A DNA stretch of 64,000 nucleotides from Geosiphon pyriformis uo1 (GCA_016748015.1 JAAOMT010000523.1:1448206-1512205), one strand, 5' to 3'. Counted from the first letter of the stretch, positions 1 through 13,169 are shown. Made by a program: numbers and translations. The notes: a model not told the origin generated them from the letters alone.

Positions 1-357
1 GAATGCTAATTTTATATAGATATTCTTTGTAACCAATTACCTGAAATTAGAGCAATGCTGGGGGATAATTGGCGATTCTAACTAGCAAGCTTGCCAAAGA
101 ATTTATTGGTGGGGTGGCCATCTAATAGTCCCGACTTAATTGGGTTAGTAGGACAATGAGGCGGCGTTGTGAAAGAATTTCCTATATGGTATTTGACTTT
201 CTAATAATAGTTGTTTTATGTAATTTGGTACATTAGTTAAGACATAGTAATTATTTTTATATTTCCAATTTTTTCTTAACAGACTGTAATTCACACCTCA
301 AGCTTTGGTTTATCCTGTGAAATACACCATTTTAAAGATATAAGCTAAATTGAAAAA

Positions 358-2126
358 ATGAAATTTCCGAAATCTATAAATTTTCTTTGTACTCTAACTT
401 TTCTTCACCCGAAATTGTTAATTTCTGCTGAAATTCATCCTGAGCCACGATATTCTCATACCGCATCTCTCATAAAAGATAAAATATATTTTATAGGTGG
501 TCTTATCCAGTCTAATATTTTTTCTTATGATAGTTTTCGTTTAGATATAACTGGAGCTGCTCAACCATCGTTTCTGTATACCCAAATCGATTTCCGAGGA
601 ATAGAAGACGGTTCAGCGAGTGTAGGAGATAGTGAAAGGATTTATTTATTTGGCGGCAATCAGGTTGTATTTAATTATTATGATAAATTTAAACAAATGA
701 GAAGTATTTATAGTTTAGACATATAAAATTTTAAATATATTTTAGCAAACAGGCCCATCAAAAGATGTATTTGTCCTGTACACAGATCTTAACTTGCCCA
801 AGTGGGAAAAACTTCCTTCATCTTCTCTCGACACCAATGAAGGGAATTGGTTAACACCTCGCACGCAATTTCAATCGGTTGTGAATAAAAGAGGTGAAAT
901 ATATATGTGGGGTGGTCTTTCACCAAGTAGTGAAAGTGACGTGGACGGAAAAATATATAAATTTGATAGTGCGAGCCATGCTTGGAAAATTACGTATGTA
1001 AATAGAGAGTTAAACCTTGCAAAAAATCCTGTGCGATTTGGACATACGGCAACAATTTTACAGGATGGACGTATTATATATATTGGTGGAAATGTCCATA
1101 ATACCACATCCCAAGCACCACGCCTAAATGATGTCAGTATGAGAATAGAATCAAAACATTGAAAATTTTTAGCTTTCAAATCTGACAATATTCTTTATTT
1201 AGATTTTGATCTTTGATACAGTGATTTTAAAATGGGATAATGAGGTAAGCTATTCGTAAATCCAATGGAATTAGTAAAAACAACATTAAAATTAGCTTTT
1301 TTTTTTACAGATTACAGACAGTAGTTTTGGCCCATGGGATCTTGTTGCTAGATGGCATCATTCAGCCGTCTTAGGTATCTGAAATTTCTATTTTTTCGAC
1401 TCTTAAATTTAGAAAAATCTTTGAAATGACAACTGATTCCTAATTTTCAAAATATATTTCAGCCCCTAACCAGTACGATATTATAATATATGGTGGGACT
1501 GGATTGGAGGGGGCTTACTATCAATGATCAGTAATACAAATTCATTGCTAGTATTAGATACAAGAGATTTTTCATGGTCGGTTCCCATAATTGATGGTTT
1601 TACTCCTGACCCTATACCATCTAGACATACAGCTACTTTATATAAGAATTTTAGGATTGTGACATTTGGTAAGGAGATTTTATGTTCTGAAGATAAAAAT
1701 TCTTGATCGAAAATTAACTAATTTATAATTTTTGCCATTCCAAAAATATCAGGCATTAGAAATCATACCGCGAGTTCAGAGCTAAATATCCTCGACCTAT
1801 CAAATAATCGTTTCACCTGGTTTAAGGGATCTATTCCTCCTTCTGATCCTAATCATAATATCAATATTGTGGTTTTGATTGGTGCAATCGTTGGCGGTGT
1901 AGGCGTCTTGATCATTCTAGGCGTAGCATTTTATTTGTTTTACATCCGTAAAATTCGTAAAGCAACAAGAGGTATTGAAAATGTAAGCGAAGTAGTTAAT
2001 CCAAGACCAACGTTTCCTTCGGCTCCAATCATTCAACATAATCCCATGTATGATAATCTATCTCAACGGTTCCCGCAAGGAAACGCCCCTGTTGGAAATA
2101 GGTATTATGCTAGACCAAACTTTTAA
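358..2126 (+). CDS. Kelch/galactose-oxidase-type beta-propeller protein with signal peptide and C-terminal TM helix; apparent 1-nt frameshift
   Basis: Hand-spliced GT-AG exons 358-663, 746-1132, 1203-1244, 1311-1374, 1463-1668, 1753-2126. Kelch motifs PRYSHTASLIKDKIYFIGG, RIYLFGG, EIYMWGG, RFGHTATILQDGRIIYIGG, IIIYGG, SRHTATL. TM helix VLIGAIVGGVGVLIILGVAFYLFY. Reading frame breaks at about 1508-1527. Confidence 0.8.
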
Positions 2127-3489
2127 CTAAATTTCCTCAGAATAGCCTTTGGGATCAAGGAGTTTTTCGGCTATTCTGTCGTTTGCCATGATACCTATTG
2201 GTTTATTATTTTTAGTTGGTCTATATTCTTGTTGGTCTATAACGAGGAAACAAAATACCAATAAATTCTGATTCTGATAAGAACTATTGGTTGGCAACTC
2301 GGATTCTTTTTTAAACAATTTTACTGCTTCCTTGCCCAATAAAAATTCTATCTTTGCTCTCATCTCCTTGACCATGTCGCCAATCTCGATTCAAGTGGCT
2401 TCATCCATCGCTTGAATATCGTTAGACAACTTGGCTTTGGTGGAGATGGTTATCACTCCTGTTAAAACTTCCCGAGTTAAAGGTAGGCATTTCTTTGCCA
2501 TCGTTTTCATGTAATTTAGCAATTATCTTTACTCTTTTATGCAATGATTTTGTCTTGATTAGATTGTATTTTCTCCTTGTTTTCAGCAAAGTTTCGGCCT
2601 ACCTCATACTTATATTTATATGGCACCTTCGTGGAACCATAATTTTCATTATATTTAGGAACAACTCTGCAATAGAAATTTTGAGGGATATTTTGCGCAG
2701 CCAATTCCCCTTTTTGGGATCATTTCAAGAACCAAGAACCAAGAAAAATGAAAAAGAATAGAGAATTATAAATTGCCAGTTTAGGGCTTACTGTTACTTA
2801 TTCATATCATTATACAGAGATACCCTATGTCGTTACTACCCTTTTGTTTTTCTCATTAAGAATACATCAAATTCAAGAACCAAACTTATATATGCTCATT
2901 TTTTTCATAGAAAAGTATTCTGTGCCCTGAAAATGAGGGTATTTTCCTATGTCAACCGGAGTTATAAGACTATCTCTGAAATAGAAAAATGGTAACACGA
3001 ATTATTTTATATGTATTGACACACACTTCGCCTGAACCCATATGATGTCGCAATTTTTGGAGTCGCCAATGGGTGACCATGGGAATCAATAAGTGCGAAA
3101 TAATGGAATAGAATCCAAATTTGTGGTTCACTGTCAATGTATAGAGCGAGCAGCATTACGAATTAATAATAATAATTAATTTTCTGTTTACTAACATATT
3201 GCCAAAGTCCAAATTACTATCGATATTAGTGTAAGACTCCTAGGTCTAATTAAATGCAGAGCCGGTGTTGAAGCTCACTGATATAAAATCAGTACATAGT
3301 GAATGTAGCAAACCTGCAAAATAAATTATATTATCCTTCTCATTAGCAACGATCTCTATATCAGCATCTTGTTTATCCTTTCGAGAATTGGTTCTTCTTT
3401 CCTCGTGCATCATTAGCTCGATCAGTGAATATTTTTTTAAAACAAAAGCAATTAAACGATCTCTAGAGTGGGAAGTCTTCAATTAAGGT

Positions 3490-3668
3490 CGGCCACCGAT
3501 TGATAGCGACTCGCCATAACTAGCTTCCGACAGGTCCCAACCCTGCCGCAGACGCCTTTCATGTCAACAAACCCCACAATAGTTCTGCGCAATGAAATCA
3601 GCCGGCCACCGCTCGATGGCAACTCGCCATAACTGGCTTCCGACAGGTCTCAACCCTGCCGCAGACGC
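3490..3668. repeat. Two direct copies of a GC-rich 66-bp unit (3490-3555 and 3603-3668)
   Basis: cggccaccg...ccctgccgcagacgc occurs twice with 6 mismatches by my count and a 47-bp spacer. Confidence 0.9.
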
Positions 3669-4749
3669 TTCTTCAATGCTCACCAGAAACTACTGCTAAC
3701 CTTCTTGAGAATTTTTATAATTGAGCCCACCTAGTGATAAAAGAAGGAAGTGTTCAAGAACTAAGTATATCAAGTGCGGGAGTAAAGAACGCAAAACGTG
3801 TGCACGCACAATCTAGAACTCAATGAATTGTGGAGAAGGCAATTATTATTGAATGCGTACTCTGGAGGCACAAACGTTTACAGCGCGTTATCTATCGCTG
3901 GTCGGAGCAAAGGTAAAAGCACAAATTGTGGAGAAGGTGATCAAAAAACAACCTATCAGTTGTCATGTTGCCCGTGAACAAATCTAAGCACTAATGGCGA
4001 TTACGTAATTTCATTCAAAAACAATTACAACCTAAAAAAGAATATTTTTAACACGTGCCTGCAAGTCACCATGTTTTTATTTAAATTTTGTTTCCTATGA
4101 ATTGCTTTTATCAAAAGAAATTTAAAGTATTGCAAAATTCACCTAGGAAAAAGTTGTTTTTGGTCTTAACTTTTAATTGAAAGTAAATTTCGCAAATAGC
4201 TTCTCATGAGTTCTTTTTTGAGGAGCTAAGCATAAATAATAAACGCTATCACTTAAAATCTTGTAATTATGATTCAATCCTATTTTAAATAAAGATAACC
4301 TAACATCTTGCCAATCTAAATATATTTTCTTCGAGGGCTGACAAGGCCATCCGTGATGAAGAGATTTTAAAGTTTTAATTCCGAGCATGCCATTTATTAT
4401 ATTTTCAGAAGGAAAAGTCGCTCTTAATTTGTTTGCTCTCTCGTTCGTTTAATGAGTCCTTCAAAAGGGCTCGAACGTGTGAAACCAAAAAAGATGGAGA
4501 AAATTGCCGAGTTAATAATCGTTGAGATTGAGGGCCCATTTCAAAACTTTCCTATTAAAATATTTTGAAATAGGAATTTCTTAGCGAAATTCTGGATAAT
4601 TATAATTCAATTTTCACTTATTTCGAAAAAGCAATTGCATTTCTTTTAATCATTCATTGATGATATAAAACTCTAAAATCTATAAAAGCAACTATAAAAA
4701 GACAGTAGAAATCGTTTACTTATCATGAATGAATGAATGAATGAATTAA

Positions 4750-5907
4750 TTAATTAATTAAACCACCTATTTCCCAATAACCATCAAATTCACCTTTTTT
4801 AAAAGCGCTCAGGAAGCATCTAAAAGAATAATGAAGATCTCGTGTAAAAGTCCAGTCTTTGATTCCGGAATATATTCTTCCCAATGTCATTAAACTTTCC
4901 CCATTTCCTCCAGCGGCAGACTTTTTATACCAATAGAAAGCTTTCATCAAATCTCGCTTGCAACCTTTTCCGAATTCATAAGATTCTCCTAATTTATTTT
5001 GCCCATCAACGTCATCATTTAAAGCTGATTTCAGATACCAGTAATGAGCCATTTCTTTATTTTGCTCAATCCCAATTCCTCGACTGTAACAATAGGCAAG
5101 ATTATATTGACCACATTCATCACCAGCCTGAGCTCCCATTTGATACCAATAAACAGCCAGGGAATTATCTTCTAGGACGCCAGTGCCGTCTTGATAACAG
5201 CATCCTACTGAATTGTAAGCCATACTATTTCCAGCTCGTAGAGATTTTTTAAACCAATAAAATGCCGTTTCATAATTTACTTCAACTCCAGTTCCGGCAT
5301 GATAACAATGTCCCAGATTATATTGACCAGTGGTGAATCCTTGTAGGGCACTCTCGGTAAACCAATAAACGGCCAATTTTAAATCTTGTTTTATCCCTGT
5401 CCCATCTCGATAACATCTACCGAGAAAGTTTTGACTATAGGCATCACCTTCGTTTGCTAATATCGTATAATATTCAAATGCTTTTTGAAAATTTTTTTCG
5501 GTCCCAATTTCATATTCATAACAGAAGCCAACCAAGTTTAATAATTTTGGTGTTTGTTTTGCTTGTTGATGCAACTCTGCGAAGAATTCTGGGAGTTGAA
5601 TCTGCATATTTCGATCATTGATCCATTGAATTATTTTTGGTGGTAGTTTTGGAAGATAGGTTCCTTGTTCAATCCAATTAAAAAATAATTTAGAAACATC
5701 TTCTATCAGAACAGTATTAGGATCAAGTTTGGAGCTCATTTTTGAACCATCTTTAGTTGGAGCAAGGTAAGATTGATGGTAAGAAACTGGAGTCAAAATT
5801 TTTCGTTCCATATCTTGATTATTAGGGGTAGCCGTGTTTGGGATTGGAATCAATTGGTTTTTGGATGAAATAATCGGAACAGGCTCTCCTAAATCATTTG
5901 GGTCCAT
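4750..5907 (-). CDS. SEL1-like repeat (SLR/HCP-like) protein, intronless, 385 aa
   Basis: About 7 tandem 36-aa repeats such as QNFLGRCYRDGTGIKQDLKLAVYWFTESALQG and QYNLGHCYHAGTGVEVNYETAFYWFKKS. Confidence 0.92.
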   Translation of the reverse strand: MDPNDLGEPVPIISSKNQLIPIPNTATPNNQDMERKILTPVSYHQSYLAPTKDGSKMSSKLDPNTVLIEDVSKLFFNWIEQGTYLPKLPPKIIQWINDRNMQIQLPEFFAELHQQAKQTPKLLNLVGFCYEYEIGTEKNFQKAFEYYTILANEGDAYSQNFLGRCYRDGTGIKQDLKLAVYWFTESALQGFTTGQYNLGHCYHAGTGVEVNYETAFYWFKKSLRAGNSMAYNSVGCCYQDGTGVLEDNSLAVYWYQMGAQAGDECGQYNLAYCYSRGIGIEQNKEMAHYWYLKSALNDDVDGQNKLGESYEFGKGCKRDLMKAFYWYKKSAAGGNGESLMTLGRIYSGIKDWTFTRDLHYSFRCFLSAFKKGEFDGYWEIGGLIN

Positions 5908-6171
5908 TTTTCATTTTTTGATAAGTCATTAAAAATTAGGGAATGAAAAGAGTGTTAATATATTTTCCTATTGTTTGTTGTGCAATTATATCATCACAGT
6001 ATGCTGATCAGTAAATGCAGAGATGGTCTATATTGAAGCTTAAAAAATTTTAATTTTCAAAGGTCCAAATGATATACCATTATTTAATCTGATTAGTAAA
6101 TTAAAAAACGAATAAAATTTGTATTCTAAAGGGTTGCAAACACTTTTGATTTTTTTTATCAACAACAACAT

Positions 6172-6172
6172 C

Positions 6173-6223
<51 letters not shown>

Positions 6224-6244
6224 TATAATAATAATAATAATAAT
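6172..6244. repeat. (AAT)n microsatellite
   Basis: Visible aat tandem run. Similar runs at about 18194-18249, 32068-32099, 37656-37694 (intronic) and 43760-43793 (intronic). Confidence 0.9.
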
Positions 6245-8642
6245 ACTTGTATTTGATGTTTAATGAAAAAATTGTCAATATTTAATTTTTTAACATAATC
6301 TGTAATTGCAAAAAAATTTTATTTTTAAAAGAGTTTTTTTTATGAATTTATATGTAACAGATAAATATGAATCAAATGAAATATTATTGATTTAAATTTA
6401 AAACCATTAAAAAGATTATAGATTAGAATCATAATTTTTTATTTTTAGACCAACTTATGTTTTTACGTGAATCATTGAATAAAAGTTTTTTTGTAAGATA
6501 TTTTAAATAATTTATACATTTAATAAATGTATAAGGTTCGAATATTAAGATTTTACCTTTTGATCTAAAATCAAACAAGATTAAATTATCTTTTAGGGCA
6601 ATGATCCGATAATCTTTCCTGTGAGTAACAGGAAAGATTACCAGAATGTTAGAAGATAAAGTTACTAAAGATTATAAAGATTTTCCTAAATTAAAAAAAT
6701 GGGTCAATATGGTTGCACCTATTTATAATAAGTTGGCTGTTATGGAAGCGCAAATTGATTGATATCAAAAAATTCAAAACTTTATATGATATAGTAGAAA
6801 GCAACAGATTATTTTGATCTTTTATAAACTATAGTGAAAAAAATTTCTATTTATCAAAGTCTCACTCAAAAAACAACAAAAAATCTAGGAAAAAAAATTA
6901 CCTTTGTTTCCAATGTGGGATAATTGCCTAACGAATGACAATCACTTTAGATAACGGGGGACGCTTTCCTGAATTGAAATGCCGATTATGTCATCAACTT
7001 TTCAGCAAATACAATGTATGTTGCAGATTCGAAATTATCTGATGAAACTAGACAATCAAACAAACTAAAAAGTAACAATCAAAGAACCTTCACCTGTTTC
7101 TAGCATCGAAAATACCTCCAAAAATTGGATATAAACAAGATAATTAAATACTCGCCAAGCACATCTTCGAAGAAGTTTGACTTTTGAAAAGAGTGAGGTA
7201 CATTTTTTTGAAGTTCATTATAATGAAAAACTATTACATCAATTGTAATTTCTTTCATTAAACTTCCTAACAGCTTTATCAAACTGTTTCGGAAAATTCG
7301 GTGTAGAGATCCTTTGATAATTAGAGTGATACCCAACAAAATGATATCATTAATTGATTTCTCTCTATTGATTTAAGAGTGATATAGTAAAGAAAAAAGT
7401 TATTATAACTTAATACTTATTGTTTTGTCTTTTCGATGACTTCAATTTTAACTCATTTAATTAAAATTAAAAAATTTTTTAGTCTATATTGTTTTTATTT
7501 GTAAAGCTTTCTTGAAATTCCCTACATTATAACATGTCTCAAATAATACATAAAACCATAGATGCTTATGGGAAAATTTTCAATAATTGGTTAGCCAAAT
7601 GTCTTATTAATGATAAGGATTATTTTTTAAAAATTTGTTTCTACAAGATTACAATAATAAACTCCCTTTTAAACCTAAAAAAATGGGATACAAACAGCAT
7701 TTATAGCGTTATTTTATCTTCCTTTTAACAACAACAGTGGTTTGATAATCTCCGATTTGTGAATATATCAACTGACTGTGGGATTGAGAAGGTGAAAAAT
7801 AATAATATTCCCAAACAGAAATTTCATATGCTTTGGCAATTATAAATTTTTTCAATATTCTCAAATAGATCCCCAAAAACTTATTTGTATAATATTAGTG
7901 ATAGTAAACTACTAAATGTCTTTAGCAAATAAAACATAGTCTGAATAAATTTTGCTCTTGAATTCTACTTGAAATCACGTTTATAATTATTAATTTCATT
8001 TGTCAAAATTATAGTTTTACATCAATTTGTTTTAAAAAAAAAAAATTTAAACGTGAAAAATCGTTTATGATTAAGAAAAAATTTCTCTTTAAAGATATAT
8101 AACCAGTTTTTTAACAAACATCTTTTTCCAATCTTTGAAGCACTACTAGATGCTAATCCAAAAATTTACCGAGCGATAGGCGAAAGTTGGAAGTATCACC
8201 ATTATGATAAAAAACTAGATGTCAAGAGTCTTCTGGGTGATACTGACTAATCATTCATGCATCAAAATTGTGATATCATATTGAGACGCTAAAACTTCAC
8301 AATTCTTTTCTTAAATTAGCTTCATTAAAACTTGCTTTTTTACTATAAAACTAATTGATTGTTAAAGATTGTGAAACATGCAAGGCTTTTTTCAACCAGT
8401 TTAAAACTTGATGATAAGCTAATAAGTGTAACCCCGAGTTTTTCAGTTTAAAATTTTTTTAATGAATATTAAAAACTTTAGATAAAACTTTTATTAGAAA
8501 AATGAATTGAAAATTTTAAATCTAAGGCTTTGAAAGATAATCAACTGACCAGTTGGAGAACGATATAAATTTGTGTGCCAAAAATTTATTTTTTTACGTC
8601 CCTTTGACCTTTTAAATCAAAAATATAGACAGAATCAATAAA

Positions 8643-11054
8643 ATGCTTTTGGTGCAAAAATTTTCTTTTTTTAGTTTACTTCTATTCCTGTATTCTCAAT
8701 ATGATGTCAACTCTATGCCGCTTTTTGAGGAAGATGGATTTGATTCTTATTTTCGAATGACCATAATTCATACCAATGATGTTCATTCACGTGTAGACCA
8801 AATCAATGAAGCTGCCACAGATTGCACTCCTGAACAATTCGCTAAAAGTCAATGTTATGGCGGAACAGCTCGTCATAAAACTGTCATTGATCGATTACGA
8901 AGAAGAGGCAAATTCTTTTCTTTGTTGATGGATGGTGGTGATGAGTTTCAAGGTGAGCGGTTCAAGTGACTCTAACTTCCCATTCAAAATTTATAAAAGT
9001 TTCAGCTAATTCTTTATAAATTTGCAATTAATTAAAAAAGGAACCATGTTTTATACTTATTACAAGGTAAGGAAAAGTATTTTCACATGATCAACTTTTT
9101 GTTCTAGTTTAAAGAAGATCCTTTTACAATATTCTTATCTACCTTAACAAGGGAAATGTCACATCTCAAGTGATGGTAAGTTATTACTTGTCGCTTAGAT
9201 TTTAAATATTCATTTGTATCTTACTAATAATTTTTAATGTTTCCTATAGAATCTCCTCGGATATAACATAACGGTAAATATTTATATCACTTTCTTTTAT
9301 TTTTGATCGATTGCTTCTATACGATTGATCTCAATTCTATTTTATATAGGCCATCGGTAATCATGAATTTGATAACGGTCCTGATGTCTTGGCTGAACAT
9401 TTTAAACGGCTAAACGCTTATATCGTATGTGCGAATATTGATGCCAGTAAAAATCCTAACCTCGGACAGTATATAAAACCGTATCATATATTTGAAGAAT
9501 ATGGTATCGCAGTCATTGGATATATTACGAAGGTATCAATCACAATTAGGTTCTCTATGAATTATCCGGACTTCAGATATTCACTAAAATTTTCATTTCT
9601 TATGAGTTTAGACTGCCGGTGGAATTTCGAATGCTGGTCCAACATTATCTTTCAGTGATCCTATTCCAATCGTTCAAAAGTACGTTGATGAACTTCACGC
9701 CAAGGGCATCAAACGGATATTGACCCTTTCCCACAATGGTTATGATCAAGACAAGATACTCGCAGCAAATACGCACGGTGTTGCCGTACATGTTGGTGGG
9801 CATAGTCATTCATTTTTGTCGAGTAGAGTCGATGATGCTAATATCGCGGCAGGTCCTTATCCAACTATTATTAAAAATGCTAAAGGTGAAGATACTTTGA
9901 TAGTTCAGGTATATTTCATATTTAAATCGAATATTATAAAATTTTATCTGTATCATTAAACTATAGTTATTGAATGTTCAATTTTAGGCTTTTTGGTCTG
10001 GAAAATATATTGGCCATTTAGATATCGTCTTGGATTCTCAAGGAAAGGTAGTCGCTTACAGAGGCGAACCTATCCTTATCGATCAATCAATTCCTCAAGA
10101 TTTATACGTGAAAAAGCTTGTTAGCGCTTGGCGAAAACCTTTTGATGAACACAGCAAAACCGTAATTGGTGAAGCACAAGATAACTTTGATCAAACTAGA
10201 TGCCAAAAATTCGAATGTGAGATGGGTAACCTTGTTGCTGATTCTATGTTATGGGCGAGATCGAAAAATAGCGATGTAGTTGCTGCTTTCATCAATTCTG
10301 GTGGTATACGTGCAGGATTGTTAAAAGGAAATGTTACCATTGGAAATACTGTGACCATCTTGCCCTTTGGAAACCGTTTAGTTGAAATCAAGCTTTCAGG
10401 GCAAAATATTACGGATATGCTTGAGAATGTTGTTGGTAGAAAGGTTAACAAAATTTCGGGGAAGCCAGTGACAAGCTTCATTCAAGTTTCTGGAATTCAG
10501 TTCCAGTATGATTCGTCGAAAGAAATCTATAAAAGAATAGTAATGGTTAAAATCTGGGATCCTACCCTCAAACAATATACTTTGATTGATCCACTCAAAA
10601 TATATACAATTGTTACAGTGGATTTTACTGCAAGAACTGGTGATGGGTATGTAATTTATTTCAAAGAAAAAAATGGCCCACTTCAAAGTTGGTTTATTGT
10701 ATTTTCTCTAAAATTTATTTTGTTTCTTGCAGCATACTTCCATACCATATTGGAAACTTGGTTCGATTCGAGGATGATGCTGTGACGTTGCAACAATTTC
10801 TACGGAATAAAACGATTATAAAACCTTATTTGAAGGAGCGAATTAGTGACATTTCGTCAAAAGTTCAGATCTTTCAAGTTCTATTACCGGGCACCCCATT
10901 ACATTATGCTTACACGAAAGCAACCAGCCCCATTGATGTGGAACTGCCGTCACCGAAACATTATAAAAATATTCTCTTTAGCCAAAAATATTCTCAAGTG
11001 ACTGTTCAGTTTACGAATTTGGTTTCTTTCTTTAAAAATAAAAATTATACATAA
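8643..11054 (+). CDS. Secreted 5'-nucleotidase/apyrase family protein (calcineurin-like metallophosphoesterase plus 5'-NT C-terminal domain)
   Basis: Signal peptide. Metal-binding motifs IIHTNDVHS, DGGDEFQG, GNHEFD, LSHNG and GGHSH; C-terminal domain motifs ECEMGNLVAD, INSGGIR and ILPFGN. Multiple GT-AG introns. Confidence 0.93.
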
Positions 11055-12210
11055 TCAAGAGAGTCTATTACTACTGGGGTTGATTAGAGACCGGTAAGAT
11101 TTACAAGCGAGACTTCAAGATTTTTTAGATGAAAATATCATTACAAATAGATTTTATACAATTTATTGTATAAGATTTTTAAAGAAACTTTTGTCGATTC
11201 GTGTATTAGAGCGAATCACAACAAGCGCTAATTTATTTATGCATTAATTTTTTGTTTTAATATTTCGCGGGATTTCACTCAAAATTCTAGAGCAAAAATA
11301 GGTTATTTCTAAAGGATTTTGGGAAATATTATATTTTAACCTAATTTTCAAAATAATTCTTAATTGTGGAAAGCTACTGATCACTGATTTTTAAATAATA
11401 TCATATGAACAATCTTGATTTTTCTTTGACTTTAATTATAACTGTCTTGTTGAAAATATTTTTTCATTTTCCTCTGACTTATTATCAAATAGCCACAAAA
11501 ATATAAACTAATCTTATTCAACTGTAGAAAACGCGTGACATTTAATATATATATATATTTATTTATATTTAAAATGATATTATCAAGTATTTTTCCTCAT
11601 ACACGTACATAAAAAGATGTGATACAAACAGAATCCCTTCAAAGATATTTTTATCTTAAATATTTCTTAGAAATTACAAAAAAGATTAGTTATTATTATT
11701 TTTTAATGCTTTTAAAAATTTTGAAAGTGTAATATATATATATTTTTTTGTAATACATGTTATGTATTGGAAAATATTTGTTTTTTCTCAGGTTGGTTGT
11801 TACTCTCTTTTCCAAATAAGAACATAAAACTTTTAAAGCAAAGATTAGACTTTTGAATTTTTTTTACTAGCCTATTCTTCACTTCGAAATTTATAGTTTA
11901 TTATTGGCCCAAAAACTTTAATTTTTTCGAATACCTTTTCATCTTATTAGATTTTTTGGATATTCAATTTTGAATTTAACTAAAATATTTAATTAAATAT
12001 TATTATCTATTTTGTTCTCACCCCAATAATTCTAGTATAAAAATTTCAAATCAAACATTTTATTCTAAAATCCAATATCGTGAAAATTCCAACTTCTTTC
12101 AGTTCATTTGTCATATCAAATATTTTTAATAAGATACACCATTTCCTTCTGATGTACACTTTTTAACATTTCTTCAAACCTTTTATTATTTCACGTCAAG
12201 CTCTCTTTAA

Positions 12211-13169
12211 TCACTTAAGCCTATAAATAACACTCTCAACAAATTCCTTGACAAGAATTGCCAATCCAATGGAAAACACTGACCAGAATACACTTAAATA
12301 AATCAAATCTGTGGCTACGATTGCAGCATAGCTGAATTGTGTTAAGCCGAGAAAAGCCAATGAAATACAATATGTTAATAATGAAGCAATTCTGAAAGCT
12401 TTTAAAAAGTTTGGCTTTGAGAAATCGGAGGTGAATGGAAGTGTAATTAGCGAAAGATAGTCTTCTTTGCCTGAATTGAATTTAGAAGTCAGATAATTAC
12501 AAATTTAAAAATCAAGAGGATATAGCAAATATTAGGTGACTTTTCAAAAAAAAAAAAAAAGTAGGCCTACCAAAAAAGACACCGAAAACATGAAATTCCG
12601 AAAGTTGCCAAGCATAAAGTTCAAGTGCCGCTCTACTTAAACCAGCACGTGCTAACAGATCCAAAAAAAAGAAGAATGCTAGTGCAGGTTGCGTCCATGA
12701 TGGGAAATCTGAATCGTTTAACTAAATTAAAAAATGATAGGAATTCACACTTTTGTCAAAATATTACTTCAGATATTTAAAAACTTCCTACAAGCAATTC
12801 AAGAAAATGAAAAAAAATACCAACATCAGGGTACGCCAAATTTATCAAAATACAATATCCGATTAAATAATATGCATTAGCTAATGTCCAAAATATCGAA
12901 TGAAATTCCGAAATAAGTGAACGATCGCCAGAATAAATTTGAACTAAATCAACTGGAGTTTTTGGAGAAATTGATGAATTTAATATCCCGTCAAAATTTG
13001 TACGTTGCTGATAATCTGGGATATTGATTGAGGTATAAGTGTAAGGGTTTGTTATAGTTGTTGTCGTTGTTTGTGGAGTTTGTGATGATTCGAATAGTGC
13101 TTTGGAGTCAGGATTATATGGTGGGGGTGGTTCGGATGGTTGAGAGGTGGTAGTAGTAGTGTTTTCCAT
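12211..13169 (-). CDS. Multi-pass membrane protein (about 262 aa) with N-terminal PPPPY motif
   Basis: Exons 13169-12792, 12721-12571 and 12470-12211 splice in frame. S/T/P-rich N-terminus with EPPPPYNP, then about 4-5 hydrophobic segments. Confidence 0.75.

Noticed and set aside
2127-2510. Minus-strand ORF abutting the Kelch gene stop
   Set aside because: Internal TGA upstream of the listed ORF and no recognisable domain; at most an unidentifiable remnant.
3520-3560. Twister-ribozyme resemblance (taa...ggtcccaa.ccc) on the + strand of the 66-bp repeat
   Set aside because: Lacks the loop AAGC and the downstream GA/GG pseudoknot partner; stem differences favour the minus strand.
3490-3668. 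CRISPR-like repeat-spacer-repeat
   Set aside because: Only two long, imperfect copies, eukaryotic context and no cas genes.
4884-5252. Antisense and alternate-frame ORFs overlapping real genes (also 871-1188, 10191-10686, 17466-17750, 25830-26270, 46015-46604)
   Set aside because: Shadow ORFs of well-supported coding regions with no independent motifs.
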